Assembly: GCA_000775715.1 (NCBI GenBank)
Contig: JRWQ01000001.1
Span: 616,923-648,922, forward strand
DNA: 32,000 nucleotides
Direction of reading: 5' to 3'
Source: Vibrio tubiashii
GTDB taxonomy: Bacteria; Pseudomonadota; Gammaproteobacteria; Enterobacterales; Vibrionaceae
Below are positions 8,859 to 17,303 of this stretch, in pieces; position 1 is the stretch's first letter; the number at the start of each line of letters is the position of its first letter. Made by a program: the position numbers and the translations under genes. The notes under the pieces were generated by a model that was not told the origin of the DNA, did no database searches, and worked only from the letters and a program-made list of their open reading frames with translations.

Positions 8859-8940
8859 AAACGAAACAAAAATGTCACCTAATCGGTGAAAAATGGCTGC
8901 GAAACGAAACAAACGAACTCCGTAAGAAACTAAACGAAAC
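8859..8940 (+). promoter_or_regulatory. Array of AAACGAAAC direct repeats in the ugpB upstream region (candidate GlpR-like operator half-sites)
   Basis: AAACGAAAC at 8859-8867, 8902-8910 and 8932-8940, plus AAACGAAC at 8911-8918. A partial inverted copy (ATCGTTCA) lies near 8837-8844. All are within 100 nt of the ugpB start. Confidence 0.4.
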
Positions 8941-8959
8941 CTCAATACTAAGGAAAGGA

Positions 8960-10255
8960 ATGATGAAACACTTATGGATTACCGGAATGCTTTCAGCGGC
9001 TGTATCTGGTTCAGCACTCGCAGCAACGGAAGTAACATGGTGGCATGCAATGGGCGGTCAGCTTGGCGAAACCGTGAACAAAATTGCGACTGATTTCAAC
9101 GCATCTCAAGATGACTACAAATTAGTTCCTGTTTACAAGGGCTCTTACACAGAGACACTAACGGCAGGTATTGCGGCTTTCCGTGCGAACGAAGCGCCAA
9201 ACATTCTTCAGGTGTTTGATGCAGGTGCTGCAACCATCATGAATGCAAAAGGTGTGGCTAAGCCAGTGCAAGACATCATGGTAGATTCTGGTTACAGCTT
9301 TAACTCTAAAGATTACCTAGCAGGTGTGCGTAACTTCTATGCAGACAGCCAAGGTAAGATGGTTGGCATGCCATTCAACAGCTCAACGCCTGTACTTTAC
9401 TTCAACCGCGACATGCTTGCAGAAGCGGGTGTTGAAGCACCTAAGACTTATGAAGAGATGGAAGTTGTTGCGCAAAAGCTAAAAGCCAAAGGCCACGCGG
9501 CATTTTCTCAGTCTCACACTCCTTGGATCTTCTTTGAGAACTTCAAATCTCGCCATAACCAACAGCTCGCTGACAAAAACAATGGTTATGATGCGCCTGC
9601 AACCAAAGTTATGTACAGCACTAAGAACCTACAGATGCACTTCACTAAGATGAAAGAGTGGGCAGATAAGGGTTACTACAAGTACTACGGTAAAGACTGG
9701 GCAGCGAACCAAACGCCATTCGAACGCAAAGAAGTTGCAATGTGGATTGGCTCTTCGGGTTCATTTGGTGGCCTGCGTGACCGCGTTGACTTCAAGCTAG
9801 GCACAACATTCCTTCCTTACTGGGAATCGGTCGATAAGAACGCTGGCGTGACCTTTATTGGTGGTGCGGCGCTGTTTGCTCTGTCTGGTCATGACAAAGC
9901 GCAAGACAAAGGTGTTGCGGCATTCTTTAACTACCTAACTAGCCCTGAAGTTCAAATGCAGTGGCACAAAACAACGGGTTACGTTCCTGTCACTAACGCG
10001 GCTTATGAGCTAACTAAAAAATCTGGCTACTACAAAGAGAGCCCAGATGCGGAAGTGGGTGTTCAGCAATTGAGCCTACCTGGTGGTGAGTGGACTAAAG
10101 GTTACCGCCTTGGCTTCTACCCTCAGATTCGTGAAGTAATGTACCGTGAAACGGATAAGATCTTTGCAGGTGAGTCAAAAGTTCCGGCTAGCCTTGAGAA
10201 GATCGATATTGAAGCACAACAGCTTCTAAAGCGCTTCGCACGCACTGTTCAGTAA
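8960..10255 (+). CDS. ugpB: sn-glycerol-3-phosphate/glycerophosphodiester ABC transporter substrate-binding protein
   Basis: Colinear with E. coli UgpB (WH.M.G.LG, YK.VP.YKG.Y...L.AGIAAFR...AP.ILQV, PFNSSTPVLY.N.D). Signal peptide MMKHLWITGMLSAAVSGSALA. Start taken at ATG 8960/8963 behind an AAGGAAAGG RBS. The 8855 start in the ORF track adds an implausible 35-aa leader. Confidence 0.9.
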   Translation: MMKHLWITGMLSAAVSGSALAATEVTWWHAMGGQLGETVNKIATDFNASQDDYKLVPVYKGSYTETLTAGIAAFRANEAPNILQVFDAGAATIMNAKGVAKPVQDIMVDSGYSFNSKDYLAGVRNFYADSQGKMVGMPFNSSTPVLYFNRDMLAEAGVEAPKTYEEMEVVAQKLKAKGHAAFSQSHTPWIFFENFKSRHNQQLADKNNGYDAPATKVMYSTKNLQMHFTKMKEWADKGYYKYYGKDWAANQTPFERKEVAMWIGSSGSFGGLRDRVDFKLGTTFLPYWESVDKNAGVTFIGGAALFALSGHDKAQDKGVAAFFNYLTSPEVQMQWHKTTGYVPVTNAAYELTKKSGYYKESPDAEVGVQQLSLPGGEWTKGYRLGFYPQIREVMYRETDKIFAGESKVPASLEKIDIEAQQLLKRFARTVQ

Positions 10256-10266
10256 ATTACGACCTT

Positions 10267-10298
10267 AAGCCTCACCTTTAGGGGTGGGGCTTTCTTTT
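10267..10298 (+). terminator. Intercistronic hairpin / partial terminator between ugpB and ugpA
   Basis: 10-bp stem AAGCCTCACC (10267-10276) / GGTGGGGCTT (10283-10292) with one G-U pair, loop TTTAGG, then TTTCTTTT. Confidence 0.6.
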
Positions 10299-10327
10299 AT
10301 CTCATATTTCTACTTTTTGGAGTCCAC

Positions 10328-11209
10328 GTGGAACGTCGTCAACAATTCCGGCACTCTCCTTTGCCTTATGTGTTTCTGGCTCCGCAGATTTTAATTATTG
10401 CGATATTTTTTATCTACCCGGCAGCTCAAGCGGTTTACCTATCCTTTATGTTGGAAGACCCTTGGGGACTGTCATCCACCTTTGTCTGGTTTGAAAACTA
10501 CACAATCCTTTTTGAATCAGAGGAATATTTGAAGTCTGTCGGGTTTACCCTGTATTACTCGCTGTTGGTGTCTTTCTTTTCATTGGCATTGGCGTTATTG
10601 CTCGCAGTAAAAGCGAATAACGTCCTTCATGGCCAAAGCACCTATCGAGTCACACTCACTTGGGTATACGCGGTAGCCCCTGCGGTGGCAGGTATGATGG
10701 GCACTTTCTTGTTCAGCCCTCACCTAGGTGTGTTTGTCGATCTATTTAAAGCCCTAGAGATCAACTTTAGTTTTCAAACTGACTCGAATGACGCCATTAT
10801 CGCGCTTGTCGTTGTCTCGGTGTGGAAGCAGATCTCGGTAAACTTTGTCTACTTCTTGGCTGGGCTTCAGTCTATTCCAACTTCGGTTAAAGAAGCGTCG
10901 ATGCTCGACTGTATTAGCGATACCAGGCGTTTCTGGACTATCACCTTTCCGCTTCTTGCCCCAACCGGCTTTTTCTTGTTGGTGATTAACCTGACCTATG
11001 CCTTCTTCGATACTTTCGGTGTTATCGACATGATGACGGGCGGTGGACCGGGCGGCTCAACCACAACCTTAGTGTACAAGGTGTTTACTGACGGGTTTGT
11101 CGGCGCAGACCTTGGTGGTAGCTCAGCTCAATCGGTAGTGCTACTGATTATGGTGCTTGGTCTTACCTATCTTCAGTTCCGTTTTATTGAAAAACGTGTT
11201 CATTATTAA
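10328..11209 (+). CDS. ugpA: Ugp ABC transporter permease
   Basis: 293 aa, 6-TM MalF/UgpA-type permease containing an EAA-like loop (SVKEASMLDCISDTRRFWTITFPLL). GTG start. Second gene of the ugp operon. Confidence 0.85.
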   Translation: MERRQQFRHSPLPYVFLAPQILIIAIFFIYPAAQAVYLSFMLEDPWGLSSTFVWFENYTILFESEEYLKSVGFTLYYSLLVSFFSLALALLLAVKANNVLHGQSTYRVTLTWVYAVAPAVAGMMGTFLFSPHLGVFVDLFKALEINFSFQTDSNDAIIALVVVSVWKQISVNFVYFLAGLQSIPTSVKEASMLDCISDTRRFWTITFPLLAPTGFFLLVINLTYAFFDTFGVIDMMTGGGPGGSTTTLVYKVFTDGFVGADLGGSSAQSVVLLIMVLGLTYLQFRFIEKRVHY

Positions 11210-11222
11210 GGGAGCTAAGACA

Positions 11223-12065
11223 ATGAAAAACAATAGAATTAGCGATCATATTATTCTTATCTTGGGTGCGGCTTTTATGCTGTTCCCTATCTGGCTTATC
11301 TTCGCCAGCTCCACTCATGATTCAGCCACCATTCTTACGGAAGGCTTACAGTGGCTGCCAGGTGATCATTTTATTGAGGTCTATGATAAGGCGTGGAACA
11401 CCGACCAAGGCTTCACTACTGACGTTACGGCTAAGACAATGATCATCAACTCTTTGATCATGGGGTTAGGGTTCGCCATCGGTAAGATAATCATATCTCT
11501 TTGCGCAGCCTATGCTTTGGTCTACTTCAGGCTGCCCTATGCCAGTGCTTGGTTCTGGCTAATCTTCGTGACCCTGCTGCTTCCTCTTGAAGTGCGCATC
11601 ATGCCTTCTTATGAAGTGGTGTCTAAGCTGGGCATGCTGAACAGCTATTCCGGTCTTATCGTACCGCTAATTGCGTCGGCAACGGCGACCTTCTTCTTTC
11701 GTCAGTTCTTTAAAACCATACCTGATGAACTGCTTGAGGCGGCACAGCTAGACAATGCAGGGCCACTGCGTTTTATCGTCGATATCTTACTACCACTTTC
11801 ACGAACCATGATGGCGGCGATTTTCATCATCATGTTTGTGGTTGGTTGGAACCAGTACTTATGGCCGATCATGATGACCACAGTCGAAAGCTACAACACC
11901 ATAGTGATGGGTATTAAGCAGATACTGGCCAACATCAACGAGACGCCAGACCCAAGATACAACTATGCCTTTGCCATGGTGATCCTCGCCATGCTGCCGC
12001 CAGTGCTGGTGGTGATTATCTTCCAACGCTGGTTCGTTAAAGGACTGGTCGAGAGCGAAAAATAG
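11223..12065 (+). CDS. ugpE: Ugp ABC transporter permease
   Basis: MalG/UgpE-type permease with EAA loop (LLEAAQLDNAGPLRFIVDILLPL). The ATG at 11223 follows an AAGGGAG RBS. The 11157 start in the ORF track overlaps the ugpA end and is unlikely. Confidence 0.85.
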   Translation: MKNNRISDHIILILGAAFMLFPIWLIFASSTHDSATILTEGLQWLPGDHFIEVYDKAWNTDQGFTTDVTAKTMIINSLIMGLGFAIGKIIISLCAAYALVYFRLPYASAWFWLIFVTLLLPLEVRIMPSYEVVSKLGMLNSYSGLIVPLIASATATFFFRQFFKTIPDELLEAAQLDNAGPLRFIVDILLPLSRTMMAAIFIIMFVVGWNQYLWPIMMTTVESYNTIVMGIKQILANINETPDPRYNYAFAMVILAMLPPVLVVIIFQRWFVKGLVESEK

Positions 12066-12085
12066 AATCTAGAGCGAATAAAACA

Positions 12086-13150
12086 ATGTTAGAAATTAAG
12101 CAATTGGTAAAAACCTACGAAAATGGCCATCAGGCAGTCAAAGGCGTCAATCTGGATACCACCAACGGTGAATTTATCGTTCTTGTTGGCCCTTCAGGCT
12201 GTGGGAAGTCTTCTATTTTGCGTTCTATCGCTGGCTTAGAGTCGATCTCAGGTGGCGAAATCTACCTCAACAACCGACGTGTTGACACTGAAAAGCCTGC
12301 GTCACGCGATATCGCGATGGTATTCCAAAACTATGCGCTCTATCCACATATGACGGTATACAACAATCTTGCTTACGGCCTAAAAAATCGTGGCGTAGAT
12401 AAGGCCGTGATTGATGAGAAAATTCAAAACGTCGCCAAGACACTCAAGATTGAAGAGTACTTAGATCGCAAACCGGCGAAACTCTCTGGAGGCCAAAGAC
12501 AGCGTGTCGCGATGGGCAGGGCGATCGTTCGTGATCCGCAGCTATTCTTGTTTGATGAGCCGCTATCAAACCTCGATGCTTCACTGCGCGCCCACATGCG
12601 CCTCAAGATCAAGAAGTTGCAGCGTGAGTTAGGCGTGACGAGTGTGTACGTTACACATGATCAAGTTGAAGCTATGACCCTAGCTGATCGCATTGTTGTA
12701 CTCAATCAGGGTCAAATAGAGCAAGTCGGCACACCGTCTGAAGTTTACCACTGGCCGGCCAGCCGCTTTGTAGCGAGTTTTATGGGCAGCCCGGCGATGA
12801 ACTTTTTGCAAGCGACGCTCCAAGATGGCGTTCTCTCCGTCGCAGGTCATGATATTCCAGTGCCTGAATATAACGGTATTAATCAGGAAGTCACTCTGGG
12901 TATCCGCCCTGAACATGCCGAGACAAAGGCGCTAGACAACGCTCTGAACTTTGTACTGAACATCAGTGTGATTGAACCGTTGGGCCCGAATCAGCTGGTG
13001 CACGGTAAGGTGGATGGGCAAGCTTTTATCGCGGTGACACCTGAAACGGAATTTGACGTAGCAGTGCCGCTGAGCCTTTATGTTGATCGCGGTAACCTCC
13101 ACCTATTTGATGCGCAGGGAAAGCGCATTGAGCCAATTAAGTTGCAATAA
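12086..13150 (+). CDS. ugpC: Ugp ABC transporter ATP-binding protein
   Basis: Walker A GPSGCGKSS, signature LSGGQRQR, Walker B LFLFDEPLS, H-loop VTHD, MalK-type C-terminal regulatory domain. Confidence 0.9.
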   Translation: MLEIKQLVKTYENGHQAVKGVNLDTTNGEFIVLVGPSGCGKSSILRSIAGLESISGGEIYLNNRRVDTEKPASRDIAMVFQNYALYPHMTVYNNLAYGLKNRGVDKAVIDEKIQNVAKTLKIEEYLDRKPAKLSGGQRQRVAMGRAIVRDPQLFLFDEPLSNLDASLRAHMRLKIKKLQRELGVTSVYVTHDQVEAMTLADRIVVLNQGQIEQVGTPSEVYHWPASRFVASFMGSPAMNFLQATLQDGVLSVAGHDIPVPEYNGINQEVTLGIRPEHAETKALDNALNFVLNISVIEPLGPNQLVHGKVDGQAFIAVTPETEFDVAVPLSLYVDRGNLHLFDAQGKRIEPIKLQ

Positions 13151-13180
13151 CAGATACCAACCCCAGATAAGGACATTACG

Positions 13181-13942
13181 GTGACTCTATCTTTAAGACA
13201 AAAAGAGATTCTTAGCTATCTACAGCGCAGCAATGGTGTTCTATCCAGTGCTCTGCTGTCAGAGACATTCAACATATCGGTTCAGACCATTCGTAAGGAT
13301 ATGAATGATTTGAGCGATAAAGGGCTTGTTCGGCGCGTACATGGCGGGATTACTCTGCCAAGTGCTAATGATAACTTATCGTTTACCAATCGAGATTTGC
13401 TGAATGTCTCAGCTAAGCAGCGCATAGCGAAAAAAGTGGCTAGCGAAATCCCAGAGGGGTGCAGTATTTTCCTCGGTATAGGGACCACACCTAAGCATGT
13501 GGCGACGGCTCTGTTGGATCACCCAGGCTTAACCGTGGTCACTAACAATATAAATGCGGCTCTTACGCTAAGTCGAAATTCTAATATTTCTACTTATCTT
13601 GCGGGGGGAGCGGTCAGAATTTCAGATGAAGATACAGTTGGTGAGGCGACGACACGCTTTTATCGCCAATTTAATATCAAGATTGGTATCTTTGGTATTG
13701 GTGGTTTAGGAGACCAGGGGGAGCTTCTGGATTTTACTCCGGAAGAGGCTAATCTCACTAGAGCCATCATTGAGCAGAGCCGCCAGTGTTGGCTGATTGC
13801 TGATAAAACCAAACCGGGCAGATACGCGCCAGTTGTCAGCGCGCAGCTTTCCGAAATGGATCGTTTGTTTGTAGATGATGCAGTACCAGAGTTTCAATCA
13901 CTATGTAGAATCAATCAGGTAGAGCTGGTTGTCGCAGATTAA
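13181..13942 (+). CDS. DeoR-family regulator, GlpR-like, embedded in the ugp operon
   Basis: 253 aa, GTG start behind a TAAGGA RBS. Colinear with E. coli GlpR as remembered (S.QTIR.D.N.L...GL..R.HGG, IGTTP..VA.ALL.H..L.VVTNN.N.A, GGLG..G.LL.F). Confidence 0.8.
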   Translation: MTLSLRQKEILSYLQRSNGVLSSALLSETFNISVQTIRKDMNDLSDKGLVRRVHGGITLPSANDNLSFTNRDLLNVSAKQRIAKKVASEIPEGCSIFLGIGTTPKHVATALLDHPGLTVVTNNINAALTLSRNSNISTYLAGGAVRISDEDTVGEATTRFYRQFNIKIGIFGIGGLGDQGELLDFTPEEANLTRAIIEQSRQCWLIADKTKPGRYAPVVSAQLSEMDRLFVDDAVPEFQSLCRINQVELVVAD

Positions 13943-13951
13943 GGAATAATA

Positions 13952-14659
13952 ATGAGACCAATAATTGTCGGTCATAGAGGGGTGTCAGGCCACTATCCTG
14001 AGAACACAAAAGCCAGTATAGAGGCGGCGATTTCTATGGGTTTGGAATGGATAGAGGTCGATGTTCAGCCGACCAAAGATCGCCAGCTTGTGATCTGCCA
14101 TGATCATACGCTTGATAGATGCAGCAATGGTGAAGGGCGTGTCGACCAACACACGCTTGAAGAGTTAAAACAGCTTGATTTCGGTTCGTGGTTCTCTTCA
14201 GACTTTGCTAGCGAAGAGATCTTAACCCTAGGTGAGTTGTTTGCCATTGTTAAGGTAAGCAACATTAAGCTCAATCTAGAGATTAAGCTCGATACTGATT
14301 GTGCGGAAGAGGTGGTTACTAGCGTTGCGCAGTTGCTGAGTGAGCATCAGATAGATGATGAATCGATAATCCTTTCAAGCTTCAATCCGCAAGTGATGAG
14401 AGCCCTCGGAGAGCAGTGCAGTGAGTACAAGCTCGGAGTCATTTGCGACGAGCTAAGCAGTGATGTTCTCGCTCTGTTTAAAACCATCAATGCCTATAGC
14501 TGCCATTTGAACTATAAGCACATTACCGAAGCAGATCTCAACCAACTTGCAGAGATAGGCTGCGCTGTATGGTGCTTTACGGTTAATGAACCCGTGAGCT
14601 TCCCGTTGCTCGATAAAGTGGATGCGATCTTTAGTGATTATCCTGAGCGGTTTTTGTAG
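13952..14659 (+). CDS. ugpQ: Cytoplasmic glycerophosphodiester phosphodiesterase
   Basis: 235 aa. GDPD motifs HRG...PENT, E.DV, HD..LDR..NG, and the C-terminal VDAIFSDYP. AAGGA RBS. Confidence 0.85.
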   Translation: MRPIIVGHRGVSGHYPENTKASIEAAISMGLEWIEVDVQPTKDRQLVICHDHTLDRCSNGEGRVDQHTLEELKQLDFGSWFSSDFASEEILTLGELFAIVKVSNIKLNLEIKLDTDCAEEVVTSVAQLLSEHQIDDESIILSSFNPQVMRALGEQCSEYKLGVICDELSSDVLALFKTINAYSCHLNYKHITEADLNQLAEIGCAVWCFTVNEPVSFPLLDKVDAIFSDYPERFL

Positions 14660-14718
14660 AAGTAGTTCACAAAATAACCACAACAAGCTTTCTAACTAGT
14701 CTTCTTATTTGCTAATTT

Positions 14719-14738
14719 ATCTTCAAAATAATGAAGAT
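14719..14738. promoter_or_regulatory. Perfect 7-bp inverted repeat ATCTTCA-N6-TGAAGAT immediately upstream of yhfZ
   Basis: ATCTTCA 14719-14725 and TGAAGAT 14732-14738. It ends 8 nt before the ATG at 14747 and covers the only RBS-like GAAG. Confidence 0.35.
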
Positions 14739-14746
14739 TTAAATTT

Positions 14747-15643
14747 ATGTCAGTTCAATACATTAGCAAAGAAGGCGCAGCGATCATGAATATCGCTCAA
14801 TACCTAATGACCACAAACGAAGGTGATCGGTTAAGAACTATCGACTCGCTCTCAGAGGAGTTTGCGGTCTCGGTAGGCTTTATTCAAAAAGCGCTAACCA
14901 CCATAGAGCAGCGTGGTGCCGTAGTGTTATCAAAACAGGGACGCAACGGTACTTTTATCAGCCAGTTAAACTATCAAGAATTGGTTGCATGCGCTGGGAT
15001 CAGCAATGTCGTTTGTGCTATGCCACTTCCCTATACTCGTCATTATGAAGGGTTGGCAAGCGGTCTAAAAGCGCAACTTGGTGGTCTTCCGCTCTACTTT
15101 GCCCATATGCGCGGTGCAAGCGTACGTGCCGAATGTTTGAGAAATGGCACCTATGATGTGGCAATTATGTCGAAGTTGGCAGCGAAAGAGTTGGCATCTG
15201 GGTTGATTACGGCCATTGATTTGGGGCCAAGGACTTATTCTCACGAACACCGTTTAATCTTTCGTCAGGGAGAGTTTGAGCAAATCAAACGTGTCGGTGT
15301 CGATCCCGATTCTCCAGACCAAAAAATCCTCACTAGTCAGGCATTTGAAGACAAGGAAATCGAAATTGTCGAAATACACTACGGTGAAAGTTTAAATCAC
15401 CTGACCAATGGTGATATTGACGCAGTCGTTTGGCTTCCAGAAGCCATTGATATGGAGAAATATGGCTTAGCAGAGCAATCGCTTAGCCACCTACCAGCGT
15501 GCCAGCAAGCATCAGAAGCTGTTATGTTGGTCAATGGCAACGAGCAGCACATTACTACCTTGCTGCGTAAATTACTGAAACTTTCACCGCTACTGATCCA
15601 TCAACAAGCGGTGGTGAAAGGTGAACTCACACCAAGCTATTAA
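14747..15643 (+). CDS. yhfZ: YhfZ-family putative regulator (GntR-like winged HTH plus periplasmic-binding-protein-like C domain)
   Basis: 298 aa vs ~301 aa for E. coli YhfZ. Shared strings as remembered: I.KEG, TID.L......SVG..Q.AL.T.E..GA......GRNG, NVVCAMPLPYTR.YEGLASGLKAQ, HMRGA..R.ECL.NG.YD.A..S.LAA, HQQ.VV.GE..PSY end. Confidence 0.75.
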   Translation: MSVQYISKEGAAIMNIAQYLMTTNEGDRLRTIDSLSEEFAVSVGFIQKALTTIEQRGAVVLSKQGRNGTFISQLNYQELVACAGISNVVCAMPLPYTRHYEGLASGLKAQLGGLPLYFAHMRGASVRAECLRNGTYDVAIMSKLAAKELASGLITAIDLGPRTYSHEHRLIFRQGEFEQIKRVGVDPDSPDQKILTSQAFEDKEIEIVEIHYGESLNHLTNGDIDAVVWLPEAIDMEKYGLAEQSLSHLPACQQASEAVMLVNGNEQHITTLLRKLLKLSPLLIHQQAVVKGELTPSY

Positions 15644-15652
15644 AGGTGACAT

Positions 15653-16024
15653 ATGGAAGAGCGACTCGAGCTGCTGCTGCAAGCCAATGTGATTAGCTCA
15701 AAAGCGCAACAAGGCTGTTTACGAGCAATTGATATCATCGATAAGCAACTGCCTGTGCGGCACGACAATGAACAGTATCAAATGGCGATCACTCATTTGG
15801 CAAGAGCGGCGGATCGTATTTGGCAAAATGAAGCCGTAGTAGAGGGATTGGACCAAGACATTCTCGATGAGATTTCTGCTGATGAATGTTATTCCGACAC
15901 ACTCGCACTACATCAAGATGTATTGGGTGCGATGCAGCTTCACACTGTACCGAGTAGTGAGGAGGGGTTTATGCTAGCCAATATCTATTCATTGATTCAG
16001 ACCTCTCTTGAGGAGACAAAATGA
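15653..16024 (+). CDS. yhfY: YhfY-like small PRD-domain-like protein
   Basis: 123 aa, all-helical composition. MAITHLARAADRI resembles the His-containing helix of PRD domains. The position after yhfZ matches the E. coli cluster. The stop overlaps the php start (ATGA). Confidence 0.6.
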   Translation: MEERLELLLQANVISSKAQQGCLRAIDIIDKQLPVRHDNEQYQMAITHLARAADRIWQNEAVVEGLDQDILDEISADECYSDTLALHQDVLGAMQLHTVPSSEEGFMLANIYSLIQTSLEETK

Positions 16025-16899
16025 TGATTGATGCTACGGGTTATACCTACTGCCATGAGCACTTGCACATCGACTTATCACCACAAAAACACACTCTTGA
16101 TTGTCGATTGGATCAATACCAGCTGCTGTGTGAAGAGATGCGTGACGTTCAAAAACGTGGAGTACGTAACATCGTAGAAGTGACCAACTCTTTTATGGGA
16201 AGAAATCCTCAATTTATTGAAAATTTAATTAATGACACCGGTATCAACGTCTTGCTCTCTACTGGTTTCTATATTGAAGGATTCTTTCCCGCTGGTTTGT
16301 ACGACGCAAGTGTCGAGCAAATTGCCCAAGGAATGATCAATGAGATAGAAGTTGGTATTGATGGCTCTTGCTTAAAAGCAAGCGTGATTGGTGAAATTGG
16401 CAGTAGCGAAGATCAGTTTAGTCCAACCGAGCAAAAAGTCTTTCAAGCCGCAGCAATCGCCCATCTTGAAACGGGTCGTCCAATCTCAACTCACCAATCA
16501 ATGAGCACGATGGGCAGACAACAAATTGAACTACTAAAACAGTGCGGCGTTGAAATGGAAAACGTCACCATTGGGCACTGTGACCTGCGCGATAACTTTG
16601 AGCACATTGTTTGGATGCTCGATCAAGGCTGCTATGTGCAGTTCGACACCATTGGCAAAAACAGTTACTACCCAGACGAAAAACGTGCAGCCTCCCTCGC
16701 CGAGCTATGCCGACGTGGCTACGAAAAACAGATCATGCTCTCGATGGACATTACCCGTCGATCGCACTTGAAAGCCAACGGTGGCCTAGGTTTTAGCTAC
16801 CTAATTGACAAATTTGTGCCCTTGCTTAAACACCATGGGGTTAGTGATCACCAAATAAGCACCCTACTAAAAACCAACCCTGCTCGCTTATTTGGCTAG
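16021..16899 (+). CDS. php: Phosphotriesterase homology protein (amidohydrolase superfamily, binuclear metal centre)
   Basis: 292 aa, the same length as E. coli Php and colinear with it (TGYT..HEHLHIDLS, CRLDQY, RGVRN..E.TN..MGRN.QF, GRPISTH, GHCDL.DN, YVQFDTIGKNSYYPDEKR, MLSMDITRRSHLKANGG). All expected metal ligands appear present (HxH, E in GEIGSSE, H in STHQS, H in GHCD, D in SMDIT). Confidence 0.9.
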   Translation: MMIDATGYTYCHEHLHIDLSPQKHTLDCRLDQYQLLCEEMRDVQKRGVRNIVEVTNSFMGRNPQFIENLINDTGINVLLSTGFYIEGFFPAGLYDASVEQIAQGMINEIEVGIDGSCLKASVIGEIGSSEDQFSPTEQKVFQAAAIAHLETGRPISTHQSMSTMGRQQIELLKQCGVEMENVTIGHCDLRDNFEHIVWMLDQGCYVQFDTIGKNSYYPDEKRAASLAELCRRGYEKQIMLSMDITRRSHLKANGGLGFSYLIDKFVPLLKHHGVSDHQISTLLKTNPARLFG

Positions 16900-16933
16900 A
16901 GAGCGTCCGCGCTCAAAAATATAAGGATAGAAC

Positions 16934-17293
16934 ATGAAAAAAATCGCGATTGCTGGTTTGCAGCGTGAGCAAATCAAACAGCAAATTGAGACAACCATGC
17001 CTGACACCTTTGAGTGCCATATCCTCACCGATATGGATGCGGCGATGAAGGTTAAGTCAGGAGAAATTGACTACTTTATTGGCTGTTGCAATACCGGTGC
17101 TGGTGGCGCATTAGCTATGGCTATTGCCATTATTGGCTTTGGTCAAAGTTGCACTATTGCAAAGCCTTCAATTCAAGCAAAGCAAGATGAGGTTCAGCAG
17201 TTTATAGATAAAGGTTGTGTCGCGTTTGGTTTATCGATTGAACATGTCGAGCATGCCGTTCCGATGCTAACAAAACTACTCGCAGAGAAGTAA
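16934..17293 (+). CDS. yhfU: YhfU-like protein (DUF2620)
   Basis: 119 aa (E. coli YhfU ~117 aa). MKKIAIAG start and a conserved-looking GCCNTGAGGALAMA loop. Sits between php and yhfT as in E. coli. AAGGA RBS. Confidence 0.65.
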   Translation: MKKIAIAGLQREQIKQQIETTMPDTFECHILTDMDAAMKVKSGEIDYFIGCCNTGAGGALAMAIAIIGFGQSCTIAKPSIQAKQDEVQQFIDKGCVAFGLSIEHVEHAVPMLTKLLAEK

Positions 17294-17303
17294 GGAGTCC
17301 ATC

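Noticed and set aside
8872-8889. Possible Pho box (ATGTCAC-CTAA-TCGGTGA) upstream of ugpB.
   Set aside because: Only the first 7-mer resembles CTGTCAY. The second repeat matches at about one position, so I cannot support a PhoB site from sequence alone.
8855-8959. N-terminal extension of ugpB in the ORF track (start at 8855). Comparable long starts are listed for ugpE (11157), yhfW (19832), dctQ (28571), dctP (TTG 28771), uxuA (30804) and cdaR (GTG 4897).
   Set aside because: Downstream ATGs have proper RBSs and give N-termini that match orthologues or begin at the signal peptide. The extensions run through repeats, operators or the preceding gene.
14700-14707. Shared 8-mer TCTTCTTA downstream of both ugpQ-tail copies (14700-14707 and 21329-21336) as an extension of the repeat.
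   Set aside because: The offsets from the aligned stop positions differ by 20 nt, and a single 8-mer match between two ~100-nt regions is expected fairly often by chance.
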